Shown: in pieces, positions 30,216 to 39,651 of the stretch
How the letters are laid out: each line of letters starts with the position of its first letter
Numbering within the stretch: the stretch's first letter is position 1
Source of the DNA: an uncultured delta proteobacterium
Lineage (GTDB): Bacteria; Desulfobacterota; RBG-13-43-22
Length of the DNA stretch: 64,000 bases
Assembly: GCA_963711835.1 (NCBI GenBank)
Contig: CAVQFQ010000009.1
Coordinates: 1 to 64,000 of the forward strand
Direction: 5' to 3'
Notes under the pieces: generated by a model
What the model saw: only the letters and a program-made list of their open reading frames with translations
Databases searched by the model: none
Told to the model about the DNA's origin: nothing
Translations under genes and position numbers: made by a program

Positions 30216-30847
30216 CCTTTTTTCCCCCTTATCATTTCTTTTTCCTGGGCCAGCCCTTCAAAGAGCAGGTGCAGAACACGCCGCAGCCCCTTTTTCCCCA
30301 ATTGAAGTTCCGGGTGGCCGAGTTTAAGTTCCATGGCGACAATAATAACCCCCAGGAGGGCTATGGTGATGTCCGACACATTTTTCTTTTTTATCTCCCG
30401 GTTGCCTATCCCTTCTTCCACCAAAGTCATGAGGACCTGCCGGAATTTAAGGTGCAGGGCATCAAAATCAAAAAAGGGCGCCCCCTGGGAAGGGCCGAAA
30501 TAAATGGAGTAAGCCAGCCGGGCCACCTCAATCTGTTCCATAAAAAGGCCGAAGATCCGCTCGGCCAGACGGATGATCCGTTCACGAACGCTTCCCTGAT
30601 ACTGCCGGCTCTCTTCCAGGAGGGCCTCGAAACGGGTCAGGGCCGCCCGCATCAGCTCCAAATAGAGCCCTTCTTTACTCTTGAAATAATAATAGAGGAC
30701 CGGTTTGCTGACTCCGGCCTCCTGGACGATTTCCCGGACCGTGGCCGCGGCATAGCCTTTACGGGCGAATAACCGGGAAGCGCTGGTCAAGAGCCTTTCC
30801 CGGGCCCGGCGGTCGAAGGGCTTTTTCTTCGTCAGGGCTGTAATCAT
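30212..30847 (-). CDS. TetR/AcrR family regulator
   Basis: LFARKGYAAATVREIVQEAGVSKPVLYYYFKSKE. Confidence 0.93.
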   Translation of the reverse strand: MITALTKKKPFDRRARERLLTSASRLFARKGYAAATVREIVQEAGVSKPVLYYYFKSKEGLYLELMRAALTRFEALLEESRQYQGSVRERIIRLAERIFGLFMEQIEVARLAYSIYFGPSQGAPFFDFDALHLKFRQVLMTLVEEGIGNREIKKKNVSDITIALLGVIIVAMELKLGHPELQLGKKGLRRVLHLLFEGLAQEKEMIRGKKG

Positions 30848-30873
30848 CGGCGTTTAATGGGAATCTGTTTTTC

Positions 30874-30912
30874 TACCGACCGGTAAGTAAACCTTTTGCC
30901 GATCCTTGTCAA
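30874..30912 (-). promoter_or_regulatory. Probable TetR operator and -35 element of the efflux operon
   Basis: Imperfect palindrome TACCGACCGGTAAGTA (30874-30889); TTGACA on minus strand at 30907-30912. Confidence 0.55.
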
Positions 30913-31037
30913 GGAAAAAATATCCCCGGGGTCCCTTTTTCCTAAATAAAATTGATAAAAGGAAGAAGTTGTGCTTTAGTTAACAAAAAAGGGTCTAACG
31001 CTCTCCTGCAATCTATTTTACCCCCAAGGGTGACTAA

Positions 31038-32765
31038 ATGGCCGATGCCCAACAGACGACGAAATCGATGCCGGAGGGTGAAGCCCTTCAACGGCGGCTT
31101 TCTGAATTGGAATCGAAAATCCGGACCCTGCAACAGGATCAGGCGGTCCTTTCCGAATCCGAAGAAAAATTTCGGTCGGTCCTGGAAAATATTAGCGAAG
31201 GCTATTACGAGGTTGACCTGGCGGGGAATTTTACCTTTTGTAATGAGGCCTTCTCCCGCTTTCTGGGGATGTCCCCGGAGCGGCTGATCGGGACCCATTT
31301 CAAAAGCTATGCGGAGGCCGAGACTACTCAAGACGTTTACCGGGCCTTTTCCGCCGTCTACCAATCGGGGATCTCCGGTAAGATCTTCGATATCCAGGTC
31401 ATTCGACAGGACGGAAGCCGACGCAGCCTCGAATTTTCGATCTCCCTCCTAAAGGACAAGGCCGACCGGCCGCTGGGATTTTGCGGCATTGCCCGGGACA
31501 GTACCGAACGGTATCAGGCCGAGGAGGCCCTTAAGGAATCCGAAGTAAAATACCGCACCCTGGTTGAAAATGCCAACGAAGCCATTTTTGTCGCCCAGGA
31601 CGGTTATCTGAAATTCTTTAATTCCAAGACCGTGGACGTTATCGGTTATCCTCAGGAGGAAATCGGCAGCCTGCCCTTTATCCAATTTATCCATCCCGAG
31701 GACCGGGCCCTGGTCGTGGAGCGCCATCAGAAACGGGTTCGGGGCGAGGAACTGCCCCGGATCTATCCCTTCCGGATTCTAACCGGATCGGGGCAGCCCC
31801 GTTGGGTCCGGATCAATTCCGTTTTAATCGAATGGGAAAGGCGGCCGGCCACCCTGAACTTTCTAATAGACATCAGCGATCAGAGGGAAATTGAAGCGGC
31901 CCTCCAGGACTCGGAAAACCGCTACCGGACCATTTTTGAAAACACCGGCACCACCATGGCCATGATCGAGGAAGATACCACCATCTCTCTGGTCAATTCC
32001 CAATTTGAAAAACTGACCGGATACGCCAAAGAAGAGATTGAAGGTAAAAGAAGCTGGACCGACTTCACCCTCTACGATGACCTGGAAAAGATGAAGGCCT
32101 ACCACCGCCAGCGGCGGGAAGAACCGCAGGCACCGCCCGGCCAGTACGAATTCAGGCTCATTACCAAACAAAACCAGATCCGCCATGTGGCTTTGACCAT
32201 TGCCCTCCTTCCGGACGGCAAAAGGAGCGTGGCCTCCCTTCAGGACATCAGCGAACTGAAAGCCGTGGAAGAGAAACTGCGGGAGTTGAGCCTGTTGGAT
32301 GAATTGACCGGTCTATTCAACCGCCGCGGGTTTTTTACCCTGGCCGAACAGGAAGTCAAGGTCGCCAACCGTATGAACAAGGGGGTTTTTCTCATTTTTG
32401 TCGATCTGGACGACCTGAAAGGCATCAACGACAGCTTCGGTCATCAGCAAGGCGATCAGGCCCTGATCGCGGTGGCCCGGATCCTGAAATCCACCTTCCG
32501 GGATCTGGACATCCTGGCCCGGGTCGGCGGCGACGAATTCGTCATCCTGGCCTTGGACGGGGTTTCGGATCAGAGTGAAGAAATCCTGATGGAACGACTG
32601 TCCCGCAGTGTGACGGCCCATAATAACCTGAAGCTCCTCCCTTTTCCGGTTTTGCTCAGCACCGGTGTGGCCTTCCATGCCCCCGGGACCCCGCCCTCGG
32701 TGGATACCCTTCTGACCGAGGCCGACCAGAAGATGTATGATCAAAAACGGAAAAAGACCCGTTAG
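31038..32765 (+). CDS. PAS-PAS-PAS diguanylate cyclase
   Basis: DELTGLFNRR, RDLD I-site, GGDEF. Confidence 0.93.
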   Translation: MADAQQTTKSMPEGEALQRRLSELESKIRTLQQDQAVLSESEEKFRSVLENISEGYYEVDLAGNFTFCNEAFSRFLGMSPERLIGTHFKSYAEAETTQDVYRAFSAVYQSGISGKIFDIQVIRQDGSRRSLEFSISLLKDKADRPLGFCGIARDSTERYQAEEALKESEVKYRTLVENANEAIFVAQDGYLKFFNSKTVDVIGYPQEEIGSLPFIQFIHPEDRALVVERHQKRVRGEELPRIYPFRILTGSGQPRWVRINSVLIEWERRPATLNFLIDISDQREIEAALQDSENRYRTIFENTGTTMAMIEEDTTISLVNSQFEKLTGYAKEEIEGKRSWTDFTLYDDLEKMKAYHRQRREEPQAPPGQYEFRLITKQNQIRHVALTIALLPDGKRSVASLQDISELKAVEEKLRELSLLDELTGLFNRRGFFTLAEQEVKVANRMNKGVFLIFVDLDDLKGINDSFGHQQGDQALIAVARILKSTFRDLDILARVGGDEFVILALDGVSDQSEEILMERLSRSVTAHNNLKLLPFPVLLSTGVAFHAPGTPPSVDTLLTEADQKMYDQKRKKTR

Positions 32766-32767
32766 AC

Positions 32768-34927
32768 ATGGATGATAGCCATAAGCCCAAAACCGACCTG
32801 GTTCAAGAACTGACCGATCTCCGCTCCCGCCACCACGAACTTCAGAGACGTTTCACGCAATTACAAGGGAAAGAAAAATCACTGCGCTTAAGTGAAGAAT
32901 CCTACCGGACCCTGTTTGAGGCGGTGCCGGATGTTATCTATACCCTATCCCTGGAGGGAGGTAAAATTATCTCCCTCAACGAGGCCTTTGAGGGCATCAC
33001 CGGATGGACCCGCGCCGAATGGCTGGGGCGCCCCTTCATGGGTTTACTGCATCCCGAAGACTTACCCCCGGCTGTCGAAAGCGTCCAACAAGCCTTTCGA
33101 GGAGAGACCCCTCCTCCTCAGGAGCTGCGCATCCTGTCCAAATCAGGAAAATATCTGGTTGGAGAATTTACCATCCGGTCTCGCGTGCATAAAGGGAACG
33201 TGGTCGGAGCCCTGGGCATCGCCCGGGATATCTCGGAACGGAAAAAGATGGAAGGTTCCCTGGTTTCCGAACAGGAGCGGTTCCAGACCCTGATCGAACA
33301 GGCCCCCTTCGGTTTGGTGATCATTGACCCGGCCAGCCATTTTCAGTATCTCAATTCAAAATTTACCGAGATCACCGGCTATGAATTAAAAGACCTCCCC
33401 AGCGGCCGGGATTGGTTTAAAAAGGCTTATCCCGATCCGGAACTTCGGCACCAGGCCGTGGCCGCCTGGAAAGAAGACCTTGAGCAGTTTAAAGAGGGTG
33501 AAAAGAGGCCCCGCATCTTTACCGTTCACTGTAAAGACGGGCGTCGAAAGATGATCAAGTTTATTCCCGTGCAACTCCGGACAGGTGAAAACCTGATGAG
33601 CTGCGAAGACATTACAGAAATAACCCTGACGCATGAAGGGCTGCGGGAAAGCGAGGAAAGATACCGGACCATCCTGGCCGCCATCGAAGACGGGTATTAT
33701 GAGGTGGACTTGTCCGGAAACATTGTTTTTTTCAATGAGGTCTATCCTAAAATTATGGGGCATCCCCGGGAGGAACTGCCCGGCAAGAACTACCGGGAAT
33801 ATGTGGATCCCGATAATGCGGCCAAGATGTTCGCGATTTTTAATTCCGTCTACCGGACCGGAGAACCTTCCCGAGGATTCGATTGGGAGTTAATCCGAAA
33901 GGATGGAAGCCGGGGAATAATCGACTGTTCGGTTTCTCTGATCAAGGATAAGCAGGGAAAGGCGATCGGCTTTCGAGGCATCCTGAGAGATAGAACCGAG
34001 CAACGGCAGGCTGAGGCAACCATTCGTGAAAGTGAACGCCGTTTGCGTGAGATGCTCGAGAATGTGGAACTGGTGGTCGTGGAACTGAATAGCGCCGGAG
34101 AAGCGCTTTACGTCAACCCCTTTTTCCTGAAAATCACGGGCTTTTCCGCCGAAGCGGTGACCGGGAAAAACTACTTCAGGCAATTCCTTTCCGAAGATCA
34201 AGGCCGGATCCGAACGGTTTTTCAGGAGTTGCTGGAAAAAGGTATTCACAGCCATGTGGAGTATCCCATTACCACCCGCCTGGGAGAGGAACGGTTGATC
34301 TCCTGGAACAGCACCGTCCTGCGAGATGAGCGCGGGAAAGCGATCGGAACCCTGAACCTGGGCAAGGACATTACCGAACAGAAGCGGGCTGAGGCGATTC
34401 TTCAGCAACTCTCGACCCTGGATGGATTGACCGAAATCCCCAACCGCCGTCATTTTGATGAAGTCCTGGAACAGGAGTGGAAGCGGGCGGTTCGGGAGCA
34501 AGTCCCGATCTCCCTGATCATGTGCGACCTGGATTTTTTCAAGGCCTTCAATGACACCTATGGCCATCAGATGGGAGACTATTGTCTGAAGCGGGTGGCC
34601 AAGGCCCTTAGTGAGGCTTTAAAGCGTCCGGGCGATCTGGTGGCCCGATATGGGGGCGAGGAATTTGCCGTCATCCTGCCGGGTACGGATGGTAAGGGCG
34701 CTGAAAGGGTGGCCCAGTCCTTGCGGGCGGTAATTGAGGGAATGGGCCTGCCTCATGACAGTTCAACGGTCAAAAAAATCGTCACCATCAGCCTGGGGGT
34801 AGCCGTTACCCATCCCACCCAGGGCTCCGATCAGGCCGATCTGATCAATGCCTCGGATCAAGCCCTTTATCAGGCCAAGAGGCAGGGGCGCAACCGGGTG
34901 GTAACGGCCGGGGAAGAGGCAGGCTGA
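32768..34927 (+). CDS. Four-PAS diguanylate cyclase
   Basis: DGLTEIPNRR, DLDFFKAFNDTYGH, RPGD I-site, GGEEF. Confidence 0.93.
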   Translation: MDDSHKPKTDLVQELTDLRSRHHELQRRFTQLQGKEKSLRLSEESYRTLFEAVPDVIYTLSLEGGKIISLNEAFEGITGWTRAEWLGRPFMGLLHPEDLPPAVESVQQAFRGETPPPQELRILSKSGKYLVGEFTIRSRVHKGNVVGALGIARDISERKKMEGSLVSEQERFQTLIEQAPFGLVIIDPASHFQYLNSKFTEITGYELKDLPSGRDWFKKAYPDPELRHQAVAAWKEDLEQFKEGEKRPRIFTVHCKDGRRKMIKFIPVQLRTGENLMSCEDITEITLTHEGLRESEERYRTILAAIEDGYYEVDLSGNIVFFNEVYPKIMGHPREELPGKNYREYVDPDNAAKMFAIFNSVYRTGEPSRGFDWELIRKDGSRGIIDCSVSLIKDKQGKAIGFRGILRDRTEQRQAEATIRESERRLREMLENVELVVVELNSAGEALYVNPFFLKITGFSAEAVTGKNYFRQFLSEDQGRIRTVFQELLEKGIHSHVEYPITTRLGEERLISWNSTVLRDERGKAIGTLNLGKDITEQKRAEAILQQLSTLDGLTEIPNRRHFDEVLEQEWKRAVREQVPISLIMCDLDFFKAFNDTYGHQMGDYCLKRVAKALSEALKRPGDLVARYGGEEFAVILPGTDGKGAERVAQSLRAVIEGMGLPHDSSTVKKIVTISLGVAVTHPTQGSDQADLINASDQALYQAKRQGRNRVVTAGEEAG

Positions 34928-34948
34928 TCACCTTCCCCTGACCGGAAA

Positions 34949-36346
34949 TTAGGCCGCCGGGCTTGTCCCCCTTCTTTCCTTGAGTTTTAAATAGACCCAC
35001 AACGGCCCCTTGAGCCCTAATTTGTGCATCCTCTCAGCCTGTAGCGGATCCAAATCAATGCCCAAGCCGGGGAAGACCCAGTTGGGGTGATCTCGGGAAA
35101 AATCCTTCAGGACCTGCTGTAAGCTGTCCTCCACCGCCCGGGAAAGATAAAACGTCGGCTGGAGCGGATCCCAATCCCTTGTGATCAGCCCCTCCTGCCG
35201 GGCCAGGCCGGCCAGTCGGGTCCCTGGAAAAATCCGGATTCCCGTCATGCAGATGACCGCCGTGGGCTCCAGGGCCGTAACCTGCTCCAGCGTTTCCCGG
35301 ACCGTGTCCAAGGTTTCTCCGGGTCCGCCAAGCAACAGGCTGAAACAAAAAGGCAGGTCGCCTTGCCGGCAGATCCGGGCCGCATCCCGGATGGCCTCCA
35401 AGGTGAAATTCTTGCCCAGGGCCTCCAATTGCCGGGGACTGGCGCTATCAATCCCCAACTCAAGCCCCCGGCATCCGGAGGCCTTCATGTCCTCGACCAG
35501 TGCTTCGCTGATAAAACCGGGGTTGACATAAGCCGTCCAGCGTAAGGACAGCCTTCGGGACCGAATCTCCCGGCATATACCCTGGGCCTGCTCCGGGGGA
35601 TAATTAAAATTGTTGTCCACGAAAAAGAGGTGATCCAGGCCTCTTGAAACCATAGTTTCTATTTCATCGGCCACGGCTCCGGGTGCCCGAAGCCGGATTT
35701 TCTTTCCTTCAATCAGAGGGTAGGTGCAGTAAATACATTGGAAAGGGCAGCCCCTTTTGGTCTGAAGATTCCCCATGGCGCCGCGGCTGAGGTAGGCCTT
35801 CAAATCAAAGAGGTCCCGGTCCGGCCGGCTTAACCGGTCCAAAGAATGGATGGCTTCTCTTTCCTCTACGGACTGCCCCGAATGATCCGGTATCGATCCG
35901 ATAAGTCTCTCAACCGGAACACGGCCCGAAAGCCTCTCCAACAACAACACCAGACTCTTTTCACCCTCCCCGACGATCCCATAGTCGGCCTTAAGATAAT
36001 TCAGGATCAGGGCAGGCATCAGGGTAAAGCCCGAGCCGCCCAGGATAATCGGTGCGGCCGAGGCCTCCCGGCAGACCCGGAGGACCTCTTTTATGAAAGG
36101 AAGATAGGAAACCGTGGCCGGGAAAGTGACGTTATCCACATTGCGGATGGAAAGACCGATATAATCCGGATTAAAAGACCGGAGGTCCTGGAGGAGGCTC
36201 TCTTTCCAGTCCGGACTGAAACAGAGATCGCTTATCCGGACCGGCCAGCCCCGGGCCTTGATGGCCGCCGCCAGGTATCCCAGGCCCAGGGGAAAAACAG
36301 GGTCCGGTCTTTTTTCCTGGTTGGGGGAGATTAAAAGGATCCGCAC
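34949..36346 (-). CDS. B12-binding radical SAM protein ('lipid biosynthesis' type)
   Basis: PVFPLGL, SIRNVDN, LGGSGF, QTKRGCPFQCIYCTYP.IEG. Confidence 0.88.
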   Translation of the reverse strand: MRILLISPNQEKRPDPVFPLGLGYLAAAIKARGWPVRISDLCFSPDWKESLLQDLRSFNPDYIGLSIRNVDNVTFPATVSYLPFIKEVLRVCREASAAPIILGGSGFTLMPALILNYLKADYGIVGEGEKSLVLLLERLSGRVPVERLIGSIPDHSGQSVEEREAIHSLDRLSRPDRDLFDLKAYLSRGAMGNLQTKRGCPFQCIYCTYPLIEGKKIRLRAPGAVADEIETMVSRGLDHLFFVDNNFNYPPEQAQGICREIRSRRLSLRWTAYVNPGFISEALVEDMKASGCRGLELGIDSASPRQLEALGKNFTLEAIRDAARICRQGDLPFCFSLLLGGPGETLDTVRETLEQVTALEPTAVICMTGIRIFPGTRLAGLARQEGLITRDWDPLQPTFYLSRAVEDSLQQVLKDFSRDHPNWVFPGLGIDLDPLQAERMHKLGLKGPLWVYLKLKERRGTSPAA

Positions 36347-36352
36347 GGAAGT

Positions 36353-36664
36353 CTAAGGTACTTTCGGAGATACATCAACTACGGTTACCGGTCCGGAGGG
36401 TACCGACCAGGAATGAAAAATCCCGGCCGGGATAAAATAGCCTTCCCCCGGGCCCAAAGAGCGGCTTTCTTCAGCGATAGTCAGGAGAAAGGATCCCTTG
36501 AGGATGATCCCGCACTGGTCAAAGGGATGAACATGGCCCGGATCTTTCAAGCCCGCTTCCAGGGTCATGACCGCCAGGAGAAGGTGCTCGCCGATTTGAA
36601 CGGCGCTTTTGATCCCGGGCCGGAAATCCTCCAGGGGCATCCGGGAAAAATCTAAAAATGGCAT
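36353..36664 (-). CDS. Cupin domain protein
   Basis: H.HPFDQCG and YFIPAGIFH cupin motifs. Confidence 0.8.
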   Translation of the reverse strand: MPFLDFSRMPLEDFRPGIKSAVQIGEHLLLAVMTLEAGLKDPGHVHPFDQCGIILKGSFLLTIAEESRSLGPGEGYFIPAGIFHSWSVPSGPVTVVDVSPKVP

Positions 36665-36764
36665 AAGGACCTCCAAAATAAAAATACCGGCTCAGATAAG
36701 GAACCGGCTGAATTAATCCAAACAGCCCTTCCGGAACATTTGGTCTAAATAGAGCCTATACCCA

Positions 36765-36998
36765 TCAGGCATTGACGGCCCTTACCTCCGAATGATCGAG
36801 CGCCCCCCTGGCGTAATAGAGGACAGCCTGAATATCTTCTTTTTTTAATTCCGGATAGCCGGAAAGAATCTTTTCCCAAGATTCATCTTCGGCTATTTGT
36901 TCTAAAATAACCGAAATCGGGATGCGGGTCCCTTTAATTACCGGCCTGCCGTTACAGACCTTCGGATTTATCTCAATTCGTTCAATTAGGCTAAACAT
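36765..36998 (-). CDS. DUF433 (VapB45-like) antitoxin
   Basis: RIEINPKVCNGRPVIKGTRIP..YPELKKEDI. Confidence 0.9.
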   Translation of the reverse strand: MFSLIERIEINPKVCNGRPVIKGTRIPISVILEQIAEDESWEKILSGYPELKKEDIQAVLYYARGALDHSEVRAVNA

Positions 36999-37110
36999 AT
37001 CTTTGCCTCCAATGTCATTTCCTCTCTTCCATCACCAGGATCCAGGTTAATACCTTTTCTTCCTATCCGCAAGTCTTACAATTTCAAACCTTATTTCAAA
37101 GCAGTTCTTG

Positions 37111-37140
37111 AGTCGCAATCCCTTCTGAATCAGGTCATCC
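37111..37140 (-). repeat. CRISPR-repeat-like direct repeat, copy 1
   Basis: AGTCGCAATCCCTTCTGAATCAGGTCATCC, identical to 38972-39000 except a 1-nt indel. Confidence 0.8.
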
Positions 37141-37348
37141 TTTCATGTCCAATCAGCCTTTGCGCATAAATCAGGCAAGCTTGGATATCCTCGGGTTCAA
37201 GCCATGGGTAACCGGTTAATAGGGTTTCCGGCGTATCTCCGGCAGCCAACATCCCCAGAATGTGTTCCACGGCCAGACGATGACCGCGAATAATGGGCTT
37301 TCCCCCGAATATTTTGGGGTCGATGGTGATGCGATTTAATTCTCCCAT
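37130..37348 (-). CDS. DUF433 (VapB45-like) antitoxin; stop codon lies inside the repeat
   Basis: RITIDPKIFGGKPIIRGHRLAV..YPWLEPEDIQACL. Confidence 0.88.
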   Translation of the reverse strand: MGELNRITIDPKIFGGKPIIRGHRLAVEHILGMLAAGDTPETLLTGYPWLEPEDIQACLIYAQRLIGHERMT

Positions 37349-37377
37349 AAAAGTTTTCCTTTCAAACAACAATACTC

Positions 37378-37406
37378 TTGACAAAATAGTATACAGATAA
37401 TATTCT
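37378..37406 (+). promoter_or_regulatory. Sigma70-like promoter of TA pair
   Basis: TTGACA-17 nt-TATTCT. Confidence 0.55.
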
Positions 37407-37438
37407 CAGGTTAAGAGTATAATCTCGGGAACAGACAA

Positions 37439-37699
37439 ATGCCTAAATACGCAAAAAAAATCCAAATGTTGGTAACCGAAGACCAGTACCGGGAATTGGA
37501 GGAGATCGCCTCCAAGAAACATAAAAAGCTCGGCACCTTGGTCCGCGAAGCCGTTGTAGAATACCATTTAAAACAAAACAAGAAACGCCGAATCGCTGAA
37601 GCGGTGGACCGGCTCCTTTCCTTGCCGGAGGTTGAGGCCCCTCAAGATTACCAGGAGTGGGAAGCGGCCTATCTTCGGGAAAAATATTCCTGCCCATGA
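37439..37699 (+). CDS. Ribbon-helix-helix (CopG-like) antitoxin
   Basis: KIQMLVTEDQY..L..IA.....LGTLVREAV; ATGA overlap with PIN gene. Confidence 0.75.
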   Translation: MPKYAKKIQMLVTEDQYRELEEIASKKHKKLGTLVREAVVEYHLKQNKKRRIAEAVDRLLSLPEVEAPQDYQEWEAAYLREKYSCP

Positions 37700-38121
37700 C
37701 CGGTTCAACCTTCCAGTTCATAGATGCCAATCTGATTATGTATGCCTTAGGAGGTCCCCACCCTCTTCAAGACCCCTGCAAGAAGGTTTTTAAGCAGATC
37801 AAACAGGGGGTGGTCTTCGGGGTCATTACCAATACCGAAGTTCTTCAAGAACTCCTCTACCGTTACTTTTCCATCAGGAAACAGACCCTTGGTGAATTGG
37901 CCTATTCCTCTATGATTGATCTTTGCCAGGAAATTCTTCCGGTAACTGTCCAGGATACCGATCGGGCCTTGGAATTACTGAAAGAATATCCCATGATCAC
38001 TTCAAGAGACGCCATCCACGCCGCCACCATGTTAAACAACGGTATTAAGGAAATCCTCTCCACCGACCCTCATTTTGACCTCATCTCCGGCATCCGGCGA
38101 ATCAACCCGGCTAAGAATTAA
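37696..38121 (+). CDS. vapC: VapC PIN-domain toxin
   Basis: FIDANLIMYA, EVLQE, RDAIHAATM, STDPHFD. Confidence 0.9.
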   Translation: MTGSTFQFIDANLIMYALGGPHPLQDPCKKVFKQIKQGVVFGVITNTEVLQELLYRYFSIRKQTLGELAYSSMIDLCQEILPVTVQDTDRALELLKEYPMITSRDAIHAATMLNNGIKEILSTDPHFDLISGIRRINPAKN

Positions 38122-38213
38122 ATTATGATAGACCAGACCAGGCACCCTCCTTGTTAACACTTGATTGTTAATTACAACTATTATAAGATAAATTATAATT
38201 TAATCAATAAAGG

Positions 38214-38474
38214 ATGACTATTATGGCATTAGTTCAAATTTCTCCTAAGGGGCAGATTCTAATTCCAAAAAAGATCCGAAACAAATATGGTGTGATTCAG
38301 GGTGGGAAAGTTCAACTCATAGAGGGACCTGATGGAATATTGGTTAAACCGGCGCCCACGGACCCTATCGAGGCCGCCTGCGGATCCATCGAAGGGGATT
38401 TTTCCCTGACCGACGATCTACTGGATGAACGCCGTAAGGACAAAAAACATGAATCCCCCGATTATCCTCGATAG
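38214..38474 (+). CDS. AbrB/MazE/SpoVT antitoxin
   Basis: ISPKGQILIPKKIRNKYG. Confidence 0.88.
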   Translation: MTIMALVQISPKGQILIPKKIRNKYGVIQGGKVQLIEGPDGILVKPAPTDPIEAACGSIEGDFSLTDDLLDERRKDKKHESPDYPR

Positions 38475-38865
38475 TTTTGCCCTGCTGTGCTTCTTCCACA
38501 AGGAACCCGGTTGGGAAAAAGTTAAAACACTTTTGAACGATCTCTCCCGGAGGGGCGAGAAGGCCCTCCTTTCCCGGATCAACTGGGGTGAATTTTACTA
38601 TATCCTCCAAAGACGGGTTGGTCGGGATAAAACCCAGGAGGCCCTGTCCCTGCTGGATCAACTCCCGATTGACATTATTTCGGTGGATGATCCCCTCGTC
38701 CGCGAAGCTGCCGAAATCAAGGCCGAGCACCCTATCGCTTACGCCGACGCCTTCTGCGCGGCCCTGGCCCGACGCCATCAGGGGCGGGTCCTAACCGGGG
38801 ACCCTGAATTTAAGGCTGTAGAAAAATTGGTTCCCGTGCAATGGATAACCGGCCGGAAAAAATAA
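38449..38865 (+). CDS. vapC: VapC PIN-domain toxin
   Basis: ILDSFALL, INWGEFYY, AYADAFCAALA, LTGDPEF. Confidence 0.9.
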   Translation: MNPPIILDSFALLCFFHKEPGWEKVKTLLNDLSRRGEKALLSRINWGEFYYILQRRVGRDKTQEALSLLDQLPIDIISVDDPLVREAAEIKAEHPIAYADAFCAALARRHQGRVLTGDPEFKAVEKLVPVQWITGRKK

Positions 38866-38971
38866 TCCGAGTTTTTGCCACCCTTGTCGATTATGACAAA
38901 TTCATGGCAAGGAAACATTAAACGGCAGGCTTATTTCTTATGGATTTGCTGAAGAATTACAAATATAGAAA

Positions 38972-39008
38972 AGTCGCAATCCCTTCTGATCAGGTCATCC
39001 ATTCCAAT
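38972..39008 (-). repeat. CRISPR-repeat-like direct repeat, copy 2, with leader-like flank
   Basis: Minus strand ATTGGAATGGATGACCTGATCAGAAGGGATTGCGAC preceded by A/T-rich GCGAAAAATGGTACGTAAGTACCAAATAATTTTTCAAAAAACGG. Confidence 0.7.
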
Positions 39009-39207
39009 CGTGGGTCCGTTTTTTGAAAAATTATTTGGTACTTACGTACCATTTTTCGCCAACTCCCGCTAATACTATGCTCTTTCATTTGTGCCCCCTC
39101 CTTTCCGCACCAATAGCGCTTCAAGCAATCCAATACCGCCTCCAACGTTTTTCCCCTTTATATCTGAATTCCCTCCTTATCCTTATTTAAACCTAAACGG
39201 ATGGCTT

Positions 39208-39537
39208 TTATAAAGGGGTATTACTTCGAACAACAAACGGGTTCGGGTAGGCAGTATAATACGGCAGGTCGGAAAGTGCCGGAATGTCCTCGTCCGGGCC
39301 GATGGGGAATCCCTCGATCTTGCCGAAATTGGGGTCCTTCAACTTCTCGTGCAGCTTCTCCAGGAAGTGCTTCCGCCGCTCCTCGTCATTTGGGAAAGTC
39401 ATACCGAGACATTCAACCGGCTGGTTTTTCTTGGTTTTCATCTCTTCTTCGAGGGATTTATCAAATAACTCCCCCTGCCCCGAAGGGTCCCGGAACAATC
39501 GCCGAGTATTAACATCTCTGCTTCTTCTACCGGCCAT
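39208..39537 (-). pseudogene. N-terminal stub of a large DNA methylase of BREX-3-type loci
   Basis: VECLGMTFPNDEERRKHFLEKL..KLKDP.F.KIEGFPIG.DEDI.ALSD.PYYTA.PNPF, then abrupt end. Confidence 0.7.
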
Positions 39538-39651
39538 AGGGAAAGCCACTTAACCATTTTAATTAATTATGAAAACTGTTAATGCTCAACATGCCAATCA
39601 TGAGCATTTGCCTTGGTATTTGTTCGAAGCTAATGCGATTTTAATGCTCGC

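Noticed and set aside
38170-38181. Match of the putative spacer (AATTACAAATAT) to the abrB-vapC promoter (AATTACAACTAT)
   Set aside because: 11/12 nt in very AT-rich DNA and not at the repeat-proximal seed; compatible with chance
36700-39000. Integron cassette array
   Set aside because: No integrase, and no recognisable attC sites (RYYYAAC..GTTRRRY) after the TA genes
37111-39008. Canonical CRISPR array call
   Set aside because: Only two repeats 1.8 kb apart, no regular spacers and no cas genes; reported as repeat-like only
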